Positions 34,253-45,270 of a stretch of DNA of 64,000 bases are shown piece after piece (the first letter of the stretch is position 1; the number at the start of each line of letters is the position of its first letter). The stretch covers positions 186,001 through 250,000 of the forward strand of contig JASTWF010000338.1 of the NCBI GenBank assembly GCA_030390025.1. Reading direction: 5' to 3'. The notes under the pieces are model-generated. The model saw only the letters and a list, made by a program, of their open reading frames with translations. It was not told the DNA's origin and did no database searches. The DNA comes from Squalus acanthias (lineage: Eukaryota). The position numbers and the translations under genes are program-made.

Positions 34253-36604
34253 ATGGAACGACTTATAGTATTGCTCGTGGCAATCGGATGTGGATTGGCC
34301 TATCGAGGCCACACCAAGGATGTCGTGGTGTTTGGATGTTCCGGGGACACGGCCCCCATCGCGGTGGATGGGACCGGAAGACGGAAGGCAGAGGGGACCA
34401 GCACCTATTTCCACAAGGGAAGGTGGCCAGGATGGCTGGGAACGAACTCAACGGAGTATTCCAGCACATCGGGGTTCGCCTACAAAGAGACTTCTTTAAT
34501 GTGCCCCAAAGTACGGATCATCGCACCCAGGATCAGCGTCACCGTCGGCAAACGGATTTGTTTGACCTGTAGTGGGGATGTCCCATTGAGCCGATGGTGG
34601 TGGCTGCGAAAGCTGAGCAAAACTATGAGGAACTCTTCGGTCGAGTGGGAACGACTGGGTAATAATACCCATCGGACAATTACGGGGACAAACGGACAAG
34701 TGAAAGTCTGTTGGGACAAATGGTGGGAACCGGATGAGGGGATTTATGTTTGTATGTGGGGGTCAAAGTACGTTTGCCCCAAAGGCATCTCCATATTTTT
34801 TATTAATCAGTGGCAGGATAACGGACAGGGGATGAGGTGGGATGCGAGCACCAGGGGGTGCGGAGCCCCATTCTCCCCGATCCCAGTAAATGCCACTGAG
34901 CTCATTACGCGCCCACGCAAAGCCCCGCCCACGATTCCGGTGGTTCTAACTGAGGAAGAAGGGTGCCCTAAAACTAGTAAGGGACCCGGGAACGGTTTGG
35001 TACTGGTCCCCACAGACCAGATACTATTTCAGGGGGTACATTACGCGGTGGCCTCGGTGATTTTAAATCTCACTGAGGTACGGTTACCAGAGTGGTGCCC
35101 CAAAAAGACGGAACAGTTGTATCAGGTCCTGTTGACCAAGATGTTCAGACAATTTTACGAGTTTGATTTTGCAGAAATTGATAAGGCAAGTTTGTATACC
35201 GCACCGCAGGAAGTTTTGGATCAAGTAGGGAGGCAAAGAAGGGGTTTGGTGAACGATGCGTTCACTGCTTTTAATACAGGGACATCTGTGGTCAACGCTC
35301 TAGACAGTGTGGAGCTGCAGACCCAGATTAATGGTTTAAAAACACAGTTAAAAGACATTCTAACAGATGAGAATAAAGTGGTAGGGTCAGGTCTGCATGA
35401 GGACCAAGCCATGACTCTCCATTTAAAGGAGATCATAGCAGAGCTGGAGAAACATGCGCGTACGGTAAATGCCCTGATCAGGGAAGATCGGAATGCATCC
35501 GATCAAGCTGCGCAGAACGAGGTGTGCGTGCTTTACGGGGCGTGGTTACTAGGCGAGGGCCGCAGTAATTTGGAGGATTTAAAACAAGGTTTGGTTCCGT
35601 CCTGGATAAGTAACAAACACCTGCGGGCGCTCCACCCTTTTCAGAACGCATTAAGTCCGTGCCAGCTCAGGCTAGCTTCAGAAGCTTACCCAGTCCCCGT
35701 GGACTGCGGACGTTCAAACCATACTATTATGGGAATAGTATTACGCATGCCGGTTTTGGGCAACACAGCAAAGCCCGCCCCGGTATATCGGGTAGAGAAC
35801 ATTGGTGTCATTCAGGGGGGAGCCCACATTCGTTATGCAGCGGTTCCACCTTACGTCATCCGCTGGGAGCAAACGATGACAGGTACAGATCTCTCTGGTT
35901 GTCGTGGCAGGGGAGCACACATAATACTGTGCCCCCAGCACTTGAATGCCTTTTTAACACCACAGTGCGGGTTCAGAACGGCTGGCGCCAAGTCCATGAA
36001 TTGCACCATGGAGGCAATGGCACAAGATCATGTGCCTCCGCAGGTAGCATACATCGGGGGTGGAACATATTGTGTTACCACTGCAGCGCAACACTACCAG
36101 CATGGAAACCGTAGCCGGTGTCCGGTGAGTGACAGCAGTTTCTGTTTTAAACCCAGGGCTGAAGTTCAAGTAGCACAACAGCGAATTATCCCAATCCCTG
36201 AACCATCCACTGTTCATCTCACAGTAAAAGAGAATTTCACCGACTTGCAGCGATTTGTCGCGCATTTTGGATACCTCATTCCCCCTCTCCCTGAGCATTT
36301 AACCAAACTTCTGAAAGCCGTCGCGGTATCACAGAAGCATTTCTATACGTTAGAGCAGAAAACTGTCGAAATTGGAACAGACATTTTGGACATAGTGGTT
36401 CCACCGTGGTGGAATCTGTTCACTAATATTGAAGTGCCCTCATGGGTCAGAATAGCCTCCCACATTTTAGTCGTCTGTCAAGTGTTTATTGTAGTGTACC
36501 TATTGTTCATACATTGTAAAAGAGACAAGCGCCTCACCAAGCATGAGAACACGGGAGAGTGGCGAGAACGTTACGTGCGCGTGCACGATGAGAGCACCGT
36601 GTAA
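34253..36604 (+). CDS. env: Envelope glycoprotein (783 aa): signal peptide, Ig-like domain, furin site, fusion-peptide/heptad region, Cys-rich region, TM
   Basis: MERLIVLLVAIGCGLA; RQRR|GLV at 35231-35242; heptad QINGLKTQLKDIL; TM HILVVCQVFIVVYLLFI; several NxS/T sites. No CKS-17 or CX6CC motif. Confidence 0.9.
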   Translation: MERLIVLLVAIGCGLAYRGHTKDVVVFGCSGDTAPIAVDGTGRRKAEGTSTYFHKGRWPGWLGTNSTEYSSTSGFAYKETSLMCPKVRIIAPRISVTVGKRICLTCSGDVPLSRWWWLRKLSKTMRNSSVEWERLGNNTHRTITGTNGQVKVCWDKWWEPDEGIYVCMWGSKYVCPKGISIFFINQWQDNGQGMRWDASTRGCGAPFSPIPVNATELITRPRKAPPTIPVVLTEEEGCPKTSKGPGNGLVLVPTDQILFQGVHYAVASVILNLTEVRLPEWCPKKTEQLYQVLLTKMFRQFYEFDFAEIDKASLYTAPQEVLDQVGRQRRGLVNDAFTAFNTGTSVVNALDSVELQTQINGLKTQLKDILTDENKVVGSGLHEDQAMTLHLKEIIAELEKHARTVNALIREDRNASDQAAQNEVCVLYGAWLLGEGRSNLEDLKQGLVPSWISNKHLRALHPFQNALSPCQLRLASEAYPVPVDCGRSNHTIMGIVLRMPVLGNTAKPAPVYRVENIGVIQGGAHIRYAAVPPYVIRWEQTMTGTDLSGCRGRGAHIILCPQHLNAFLTPQCGFRTAGAKSMNCTMEAMAQDHVPPQVAYIGGGTYCVTTAAQHYQHGNRSRCPVSDSSFCFKPRAEVQVAQQRIIPIPEPSTVHLTVKENFTDLQRFVAHFGYLIPPLPEHLTKLLKAVAVSQKHFYTLEQKTVEIGTDILDIVVPPWWNLFTNIEVPSWVRIASHILVVCQVFIVVYLLFIHCKRDKRLTKHENTGEWRERYVRVHDESTV

Positions 36605-37013
36605 TAGGAAAATGGCGTCACTCCCGCTCGCCACGTGCGCCGCGGAAGTTTGTACTCATTGTAAATACGTTGGAAACTCGATATGTTTAAGAGTTGGGAT
36701 TTGTTTATTTTGGTGATGGTGTTGATTGTGTGGTTTTGGGTTTTGTTTTTCCTTTCCCTGAATAAAAGACAAATATACAGGTGATGCGTGAGGTATCGGC
36801 CTGGTTACGCCGGGAAGGAAAACAAGTGGTGTAAGTTTAAGGGCAAATGATGCCTACGGTGATATAAAATGTGATTTTCTTGGGAAATAAGGACGACACA
36901 GAGACCCTAGTCAAGTTAAAATTTATGGGATTAATTTACTGGATTCGGAGTGAAATCGAGATAAGATTGCTCACCACTGAGATTTTGATACGATAAGCGG
37001 AGTTATTCGCATC

Positions 37014-37025
37014 AACAGGAGGGAC
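37014..37025 (+). promoter_or_regulatory. Polypurine tract
   Basis: AACAGGAGGGAC immediately before the 3' LTR. Confidence 0.7.
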
Positions 37026-38689
37026 TGTAGAATTCGCAATTATCACGATTTGATTAATAAGGAGAAAACACAAAGTTTCGTTCAAACAGCTTTTATTTCA
37101 GCAGAATGCTGTCAGGTTTAAATTGGACACAAGCAGCCTGTAAAATGGCCGCCGCACCGCGTGACAGAACATTCTAGACTTTTTAACAGGCAGACAAGAT
37201 GGCGTTCCAATACACATTTTTGCAAGATCGATAACGATTCAGCACAGTGAAGATAATACCCGAGACATTATGGGTTTGCAGTATAAACATAGATACTGAA
37301 ATCGGTCTCCCAGGTACAAAGGAAAGCCATTGTACCGAGTAATCAAGGGCCCATCCAAAGGACATTAATATGTAAACTCCCAACGGCTCTACGATGAGAG
37401 AGCCGTTAGCAGGTAGTTATACAGGACACTTGGAAGCCCCAAACCCCTCCAGGGAGAACACCGACCGATTTAGCAATGGGAGAAGTATTAACAGGTACTC
37501 AAACATTCATGAGTAGCCCCGAAACCCATTAAGAACGGAGATCACCCATACAAGACATTTGGGCGCCAAACCCTAAACAAAAGAATGGACATTATAGTTG
37601 GGCGGGAAACGGAAGATTTTTGCACTATAATTGCAGGCCCCAAACCGTCCATTCGCTCTCTTGACTCTTGTTCTTGATCCTGCATTCGCTCGCTTGCTCC
37701 TGTGTTTTATCCGGTCGATTCGTAACCTCGTGGCTGCTCCTGTGTAAAAGACTGTTGAACTTTCTGATCCGTTCGGATCTACCTCGTGTCGCGTAACGAA
37801 GACCTATGTTGGTAACTGGCAGCGGAACCAAAGGCCCGAGATGAGATGAGATGAGATGAGATGAGAGGAGAAGAGAAGAAGACCATATCCATCGCCACGG
37901 TCAGTAAATCCCGACCGCGCCTGTAGGTCGATCAGCCAAGTCTTCTCAACAGGAAGTTTTCTTCTTTAAACTTCTAACAAGACATATTGCATCAATGATA
38001 ACTGGACTGTGCAAACACATCGTATCAGTGATATTGACAACGGGGCTCCTCAACTAAACTGTGAAGTCAACCAACAGAGGTCTTCACTACAGCAGACGGT
38101 CCAGCCTACTAGCCCGAGCAGCAGAAGCCAGTAAACAAGTGGGATCAGGAGATCTCCTGACCGACACGTGGGTGCTGCGGTGAAAAAACATCCGATCAGC
38201 TATTCGGAATTTCTCCGAGTTATTACGAGTGGTGAGCATGAGTCTCGAGATCCTACGAAGCTAGTTTAGGATAGATATTGATAGGGGAGGGTTTAAAGAT
38301 TAAGGATATTTGTAATGTGTGCCCTATTTACGTCGTGCCGTTCGTTCCTCGTTTCCCTAAGAGTGATTATAACCGTTTGTAAGATTGTACTGTCATTAAT
38401 CTGTGCGTATGACATGTATTTCATAATTTTAAGTATCATGCAATAAAGATTTTCCATTTCGTACCGTTCAAACCAAGTCTACATGAGTTTTATCTCCATT
38501 ACTGCTCTCGCATCTAAGTCCAGTGTCTAGAACCGTAAGGGAGAGTGATTCGAACCACTCACAGGTGTGTCTAGTGTTCCCAGACTGGCTGGAGACCAGG
38601 CCTAGACCCGCACTGACATACAGGCTGCACAGAGCCGCGTGAATCTCACAGGCTACGAGACACGCAGGGTCAGGAGAGAATCCCTTACA
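37026..38689 (+). repeat. 3' LTR (1664 bp), AATAAA at 38442-38447
   Basis: Direct repeat of the 5' LTR, ending CCTTACA followed by the TSD. Confidence 0.97.
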
Positions 38690-39478
38690 CTCTCTCCATT
38701 TAAAAAATCATTTGCTTTTTTATTTTTCCCACCAAAGTGGATAACCTCACATTTTCCCACATTATACTCCATCTGCCAATTTTTTCCCCACTCACTTAAC
38801 CTATCTATATCCCATTGCAGACTCTTTGCCTCCTCCTCACAACTTGCTTTCCCACCTATCTTTGTATCATCAGCAAATTTGGCTACAGTACACTCAGTCC
38901 CTTCATCCAAGTCATTAATATAGATTGTAAATAGTTGAGGCCCCAGCACTGATCCCTGTGGCACCCCACTAGTTACAGTTTGCCAACCTGAAATTGACCC
39001 ATTTATCCCGACTCTCTGTTTTCTGTTAGTTAGCCAATCCTCTATCCATGCTAATATATTACCCCCAACCCCGTGAGCTCTTATCTTATGCAGTAACCTT
39101 TTATGTGGCACCTTATCGAATGCCTTCTGGAAATCCAAATACACTATATCTACTGGTTCCCCTTTATCCACCCTGCTCGTTACATCCTCAAAGAACTCTA
39201 GTAAATTTGACAAACACAATTTCCCTTTCATAAAACTATGTTGACTCTACTTGATTGTATTATGAATTTCTAAATGTCCTGCTATTACTTCCTTAATAAT
39301 AGATTCCAGCATTTTCCCAATGACAGATGTTAGGCTAACTGGCCTATAGTTTCCTGTTTTCTGTCTCCCTCCTTTCTTGAATAGAGGCGTTAAATTTGCG
39401 GTTTTTCAATCCGCTGGGACCTCTCCCGAATCCAGAGAATTTTGGTAGATAACAATCAACGCATCCACTATCTCTGCC
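38690..39478 (-). mobile_element. CR1 RT fragment, right part of the LINE split by the provirus
   Basis: ORF 39231-38653 with YLDFQKAFDKVPH, GVPQGSVLGP and FADD. Confidence 0.9.
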
Positions 39479-39557
39479 ATGTAAACCTTTATAAATCACT
39501 GGTTAGGCCTCAACTGGAGTATTGGCTCCAATTCTGGGCACCACACTTTATGAAGAA

Positions 39558-40575
39558 TGTAAGATAATTGGCAAAGGAACCTGTGGTGATATGAGGAGAA
39601 TTTGTTTGACGCTGTAGCAGTCGGCGCAGACTCCATGGATTTTTAGATTATGAACATGTACCCTTATTAAAAACTGGACAGGCTGTTTGTGGGGGGAAGC
39701 TGTGGAAAAACACTCAAGCTGAAGGTGGCTGACGTAACCAGGTTGCATTCGTATGGTAACGGACTGTCCTTGGGAACAATGGCCCGAGAGGCCCACTCCC
39801 AAGTCATGAATAACGAGGCTGGCGACTCATTGTTTCTGAAGAAGATGAGCTCGTTAAGAAAAATCAGCTGGGAGATCGAAACGAGATCTAAACTATCCAA
39901 ACCTGGGAGGAGGCCTGGAAACCATTCCCATGAGGCCATGTGTCCATTAAAACCACAGACAGCGGTCTGTGTATTGGGGGGGGTATATCAGAGAGCCGTT
40001 TTGGATAGCTCTCTCTCTCTCTCCTGCCCTCCCCACAACGGAACGTCAAGAGGAGCTGAGCCTTGCTCTTCCAACCGAGACGGACTTCGACTCAGACTGG
40101 GACTCGCATGCCGCAAGGCCGGTACGGAACCAGGTAGCCGAGACGTACGAAGGAAGCTGCAAGCAAGATCAAAGGCAATCTAGGTGAGCATTGCCAAGTC
40201 TACACACCCACAAGATCACTTAGCTGTGTGAGGGGGTGCCTGTATGTTCCTACCAAACCAGAGGGGGTTTAGCGTTGGAAGGGTCCTGTGATAGTTTAGT
40301 CCATGGGAGGGTGGTTTTTTTAGGCCATGATAAGTCAGCATGGCCGGGGCTTGTTGGACAAGTCAGGGTTGTAATGTTTTAAACTGTACTGTTGTGTTCA
40401 CACCGCTCGTACTGTATGCGAGTGGAGTGGTTTTGTCAACCTTAATAAACACTGTACGGGTGAGCCCGAATTCGCTGTCCGTGTTCCAATCTGTCCTCAG
40501 TAATCCCTATCGTCCAGAACTTGTAGTAAGGGGGTTTGCGTGCACTTACAATAATTGGCGATTGCGGCAGGGCCT
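39558..40575 (+). mobile_element. LTR (~993 bp) plus PBS-like site of a second LTR family, internal region deleted
   Basis: TGTAAG...CTTACA ends (39558-40550); AG|GTGAGCAT donor at 40184; AATAAA 40444-40449; TGGCGATTGCGGCAGG 5 nt after the end. Flanked by CR1 pieces. Confidence 0.65.
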
Positions 40576-40799
40576 GTAGGAAATTGGCCACCGCAGAAAC
40601 CAGTTACAACGCAGCGAATTATGATGTTTTGGAATGCACTACCTGAAAGGATGGTGGAAGCAGATTTAGTCGCAACTTTCAAAAGGGAATTGGATAAATA
40701 CTTGAAGGGCAGAAAATTGCAGTGCTGTGGGGAAAGTGCAGTGGAGTGAGACTAGTTGGCTTTCAGTTAAGCAACGCCTCGATTTTAAAATTTATATTT

Positions 40800-41200
40800 A
40801 AAATTCCCATCCTTGTTTAAAATCCCTCCATGGCTTCGCCGCTCCTTATCTCTGTAATCTCCTCCAGCTCTATAATCCCCCACACCCTCTGCGCTCTGCC
40901 TATTCTGGCCTTTGGAACATCCCCGATTTTAATCGCTCCACCATTGGTGGTCGTGCCATCAGCTGCCTCAGTCCGATGCTCTGGAATTGCCTCCCTAAAT
41001 CTCTCCGCCTCTCCACTTCTCTTTCCTCCTTTAAGATGCTCCTTAAAACCTACCTCTTCGACCAAGCTTTTGGTCATCTGTCCTAACATCTCCTTATATG
41101 GCTCGGTGTGAAACTTCGTTTTTTAAAAACGCTCCTATGAAGCGCCTTGGGATGTTTTAATACATTAACGGTGCTATATAACGATAAGTTGTTGTTGTTG
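40800..41200 (+). mobile_element. L2-like 3' end fragment
   Basis: Reverse complement of the 23516-23950 type sequence; GTTGTTGTTG tail. Confidence 0.75.
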
Positions 41201-41477
41201 TACGATTCAATGCTTCTATACGGGGATTCCTATAATAAGTTCTAATTCTTCAGTCTGGTTTCTCTGCCTTTACACAGCTGGTAGATTACCACAGTTCCCT
41301 TTCGAAGTGTGCTGGATCGCACCCAGTGTTAAACCCTCATTGTAACTATCTATGTCCTCCGGTGTTATTTCTCTGGTCTGGTGACTCTAAAGATCAGACC
41401 TTTGTAATTGAAACAAGTGAAAATCTTGCAATGCTCCAGTCCCACTGTCTCAGCGCCAGCATTGAAAGATCTAGATT

Positions 41478-41950
41478 GATTCCTGTGTGAGAAGGTTGTC
41501 CTCTGAGGAGAGATTGAGTAGATTGGGCCTGGACTCACTGGAGTTTAGAAGAGTTTAGGAGGTGATATTGAAACATATAAGAGTCTGAGGGGGATTGACA
41601 GGGTAGATGCTGAGAGGTTGTTTCCCCTGGCTGGAGAGTCTAGAACTAGGGGGCATAGTCTCAGGATAAGGGGTCGGCCATTTAAGACTGAGATGAGGAG
41701 GAATTTCTTCACCCAGAGGTTTGTGAATCTTTGAAAATCTCTACCCCAGATGGCTGTGGATGGTCAGTCGTTGAAGTATATTCAAGGCTGAGAGAGATAG
41801 ATTTTTGGACTTTAGGTGAATCAAGGGAATGGGATCAGGTGGGAAAGTGGAGTTGAGGTCGCAGATCAGCCATGTTCTTATTGAATGGCGGAGCAGGCTC
41901 GAGGGGCCGTATGGCCTACTCCTGCTCCTAATTCCTATGATCTTATGTTT
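41478..41950 (+). mobile_element. CR1 3' fragment
   Basis: ESRTRGHSLRI...RNFFTQR plus 3' UTR and tail. Confidence 0.8.
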
Positions 41951-42372
41951 CCTCTGATGTGCTCTGGATCTGCGCTAAATGAGACTTTTATATATTTAGA
42001 TACATGAGCCTCGAACTTCCACACCTTGAGATGATAGTCAGAAGGTGGGTGATACCAGAAGTTGAGGCAGAATCAGTTTCCGCTGGGTTTCCACCCCATG
42101 GAAGCTGGAATGGGAAGTTCCAGTGGAGGGGGCTCGGGTGCTTCTTCCACCTTCGCCCCACTCCGCCCATCCTGACGTTAATTTGGGGTGAATCTGGGTG
42201 TTTTCCCAGGCAGCCCCGAAAACCCCGCCAGATAGCTGTATTCACTTCCGCTGCAGAAAGCCGGTTAGGTGCCTTTCTGGGCTTCCTGTGTGGCCCACCA
42301 AAGGAATCATTTGATTCTGGGCCCACCATTGAGGGACCAGCATTCAGAAAGACATTGACAGACCAAGGTCTT

Positions 42373-42612
42373 AGAAACATAGAACATAGAAAAATAGGAG
42401 CAGGAGTAGGCCATCCTGCCCTTCGAGCCTGCTCTGCCATTCAACATGATCATGGCTGATCCTCTATCTCAATACCATATTCCCGCTCTCTCCACATACC
42501 CTTGATGCCTTTTGTGTCTAGAAATCTATCTATCTCCTTCTTAAATATATTCAGTGACTTGGCCTTCACAGCCTTCTGTGGTAGAAAATTCCACAGGTTC
42601 ACCAGCCTCTGT
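42373..42612 (-). mobile_element. Short CR1 3' fragment between 49-bp direct repeats
   Basis: AGAAACATAGAACATAG tail; repeats at 42324-42372 and 42622-42670. Confidence 0.75.
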
Positions 42613-42904
42613 CTTCAGCTACACCATTGAGGGACCAGCATTCAGAAAGACATTGACGTACCAAGGTCTTCAGCCACACCAGTCTGTTACACTCCTCATA
42701 GACCAGCAAGGAGCTGTTCCCATGTTCCACCTGGTCATCAGGGTGGGTGCTCCTGTAACACCACCACTGGAGGTTAGACTACCTGTTGTGCCCCTACTGC
42801 CACCTGGCTGAGATTGGAGAACTCAGCACAGACTGCAGATTACACCAGGGGATGGAAATCCATCTGAGACAACCGTGGATTTTCAGAGACACATTTTTAA
42901 ACGA

Positions 42905-43050
42905 GGGGAGTAATTTTGACTTTGGCGGATAGTATAAAACGGGCGATATCACATCAGCTGCCCGTTATACATCTCTCCTGATTTTCATTTCTATTGGAGA
43001 GATGTATAACGGGCGGCTGATCTGATATCACCCAAAGTCAAAATTACCCC
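42905..43050. mobile_element. Fold-back (hairpin) MITE
   Basis: GTAATTTTGACTTTGG...CCAAAGTCAAAATTAC plus a ~34-bp inner inverted arm around a 17-nt loop. Confidence 0.75.
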
Positions 43051-43619
43051 GAGGTATGGGCCTGCTAATGGAAGCTGCCTTTTACAGTGAGAACAAGGAA
43101 AGAGTTTTGGGAGTGAGGCTGAATTGTAACATACAGAACAAGCCACTCCTGACACATCACCAATGTTATTACTGTATTACTGGGGAATTTATCAGCCTTA
43201 CAGTGTGAGAGCTGGAATCATTTATAAAATGGCTGCCCCGGGTGTTCAGACTTCCCTGGAGCCGACACTCAGAGAGTTAATGATTTCTAAATCCATCATA
43301 ATGTTGGAACAAAGAAACAATTCCAGAATCAATTAGCTGCTTTTTGTCTTCAGCATTTAATATTCCCGCCTAAAGTATTCGAAAATATCTTCAGAAAACA
43401 GTATAAAAAGATCTGAACTCGCTGCTCAAACTGCAGATTTACCTGAAGGTGCTGAGAGTCATTCATTGCGTTTAACAGTGATCAGAGTGGACACCAAGAT
43501 GCTGGGTCTTTGCTTAAATGTGTCTCTCCGACTTGGGCTTCTAAATGGGAACAGGAGCACATCAAGAAATGGCTGATTTCTGCCATGAAGTTTAGAACCT
43601 TGAGCCCTAAGGGACCATT

Positions 43620-45270
43620 TAGAATCATAGAATTATCGAATCATAGAATAGTACAGCAGAGAAGGAGGCCATTCAGCCCATCTAGTTTCCACAGACTATT
43701 TCGAAGAGCAATCCAGTTAGTCCCACTGCTCCGCTCTTTCCCCATATTCCTCCAATTTTCACTCCTTGTTTATCCAATCCCTTTTGAGGGCCACTATTGA
43801 ATCTGTATTCTCCACCCTATCAGGCAGTGTATTCCAAATCATAACCACTCGTTACTTAAAAACGTTTTTCCTCACGTCGCCTCTGGTTCTATCGAAATCC
43901 TTCATAATTTTAAATACCTCTATCAAATTTCCTCTTAGACTTCACTGCTCCAAGGAGAACAACCAGCTTCTCCAGTCTATCCACGTAACTGAATTCCCTC
44001 ATCTCTGGAACCATTCTGGTAAATCTCTTCTGTACCCTCTCCAAAGTCTTCACGTCCTTCCTAAAGTGTGCTGCCCAGAATTGGACACAATACTCCAGCT
44101 GGGGCCGAACTAGTGTGTTATATCGGGTGAGCATAACTTCCTGGCTTTTGTACGCTCTGCCTCTATTTATAAAGACCAGGTTCCCATTTGCTTTATTAAC
44201 TGCTTTGTTAACCTGTCCTGCCACCATCATAGATTTGTGCACAAGCACCCCCAGGTACTCTCTGCTTGCACCCCCTTTAAAATTGCACCATTTAGTGTGT
44301 CTGGTCTCTCCTCATTCTTCCTACCAAAATGTATCACCTCACACTTCTCTGCCTTGAATTTCATCTGCCATGTGTCTGCCCATTCCACCAGCCTGTCTAT
44401 GGGGGCGATTTTGCCAGCCCTGGGGAGGCGGGTATGGAGGCGGAACTGCCGGGAAAATGGCAGAATTTGGGGGCGGGTGCCCAACCAGCCCCCAACCCGC
44501 CTCCATGCCATCTTCCCAGGAGGCGGGTAGCCGTCCCGCACCGGGTCCCATCTCCTTGGAGGCGGGAAGTGATTAAAGCCTATTAACTGCCTGTTAACAT
44601 GTAGTTAACAGGCAGAAAATAGGATGATCTGCTTTTTGCCCTCAGGCTTCAGTTGGTTTGTATGCGGAGACTCTCGGACCTCCGTGTTGCAGATGAGAGA
44701 TGGCTGTTGCATTCACAGATGCAACAACCATCCCATTTCTGTAAAAGAAAGAAGGTTGATGAGGTCTTGTATGCAAGACCTCATCAAACTGCAGAGAATG
44801 TCACTGTTTGACAGCTTCACAGAGCTGTAAAACGATGACCATTCATCTGTCAAAAGTTTTTGAAATATGAAACGTCATAAGTTGACGTGCTCTGTAACCG
44901 GCTTTCCCTTGATTGGCCTGCTAAGCCCGCTGGGCGGACTTAACAAGGTCAATCAGGGGAAAATAGCATGGGTTGACCACAAATCGATGGAGGCGGGACA
45001 TCGACCCGACAAGCAGCAGTCCCGCCTCCAACGCGCCCCCAGTCACAAAATCGCCCCCTATGTCTTCTTGAAGTTTATTGCTATCTTCCTCACTGTTTAC
45101 TATACTTCCTAATTTCGTGTCATCTGCAAACTTCAAAATTGTGCCCTGTACCCCCAAGTCTAATCATTAATATATATCAAAAATAGCAGTGGATCTTGTA
45201 CTGAACCTTGGGGAACGCCACAGTATAACCTCCCTCCAGTCCCAAAAACAACCATTCACCACAACTCTCT
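43620..45270 (-). mobile_element. CR1 LINE 3' part (continues at 55255-55710), interrupted by MITE, Penelope fragment and ERV
   Basis: RPQLEYCVQFWA, KFADDTKLG, AGAATCAT tail. Confidence 0.85.
44401..45058. mobile_element. PIF/Harbinger-like MITE
   Basis: TIR GGGGGCGATTTT / AAAATCGCCCCC; 3-bp TSD TAT (44398-44400, 45059-45061). The CR1 rejoins across it. Confidence 0.8.

Larger units (their letters stand above)
25931..38689 (+). mobile_element. Intact endogenous retrovirus, lokiretrovirus-like (LTR-gag-pol-env-LTR, 12759 bp)
   Basis: TGT...ACA LTRs; CTCT TSD at 25927-25930 and 38690-38693; PBS-like and PPT sites; three uninterrupted ORFs. Confidence 0.9.

Noticed and set aside
39689..40183. 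164-aa ORF
   Set aside because: Lies inside the LTR-like sequence; no domain evidence.
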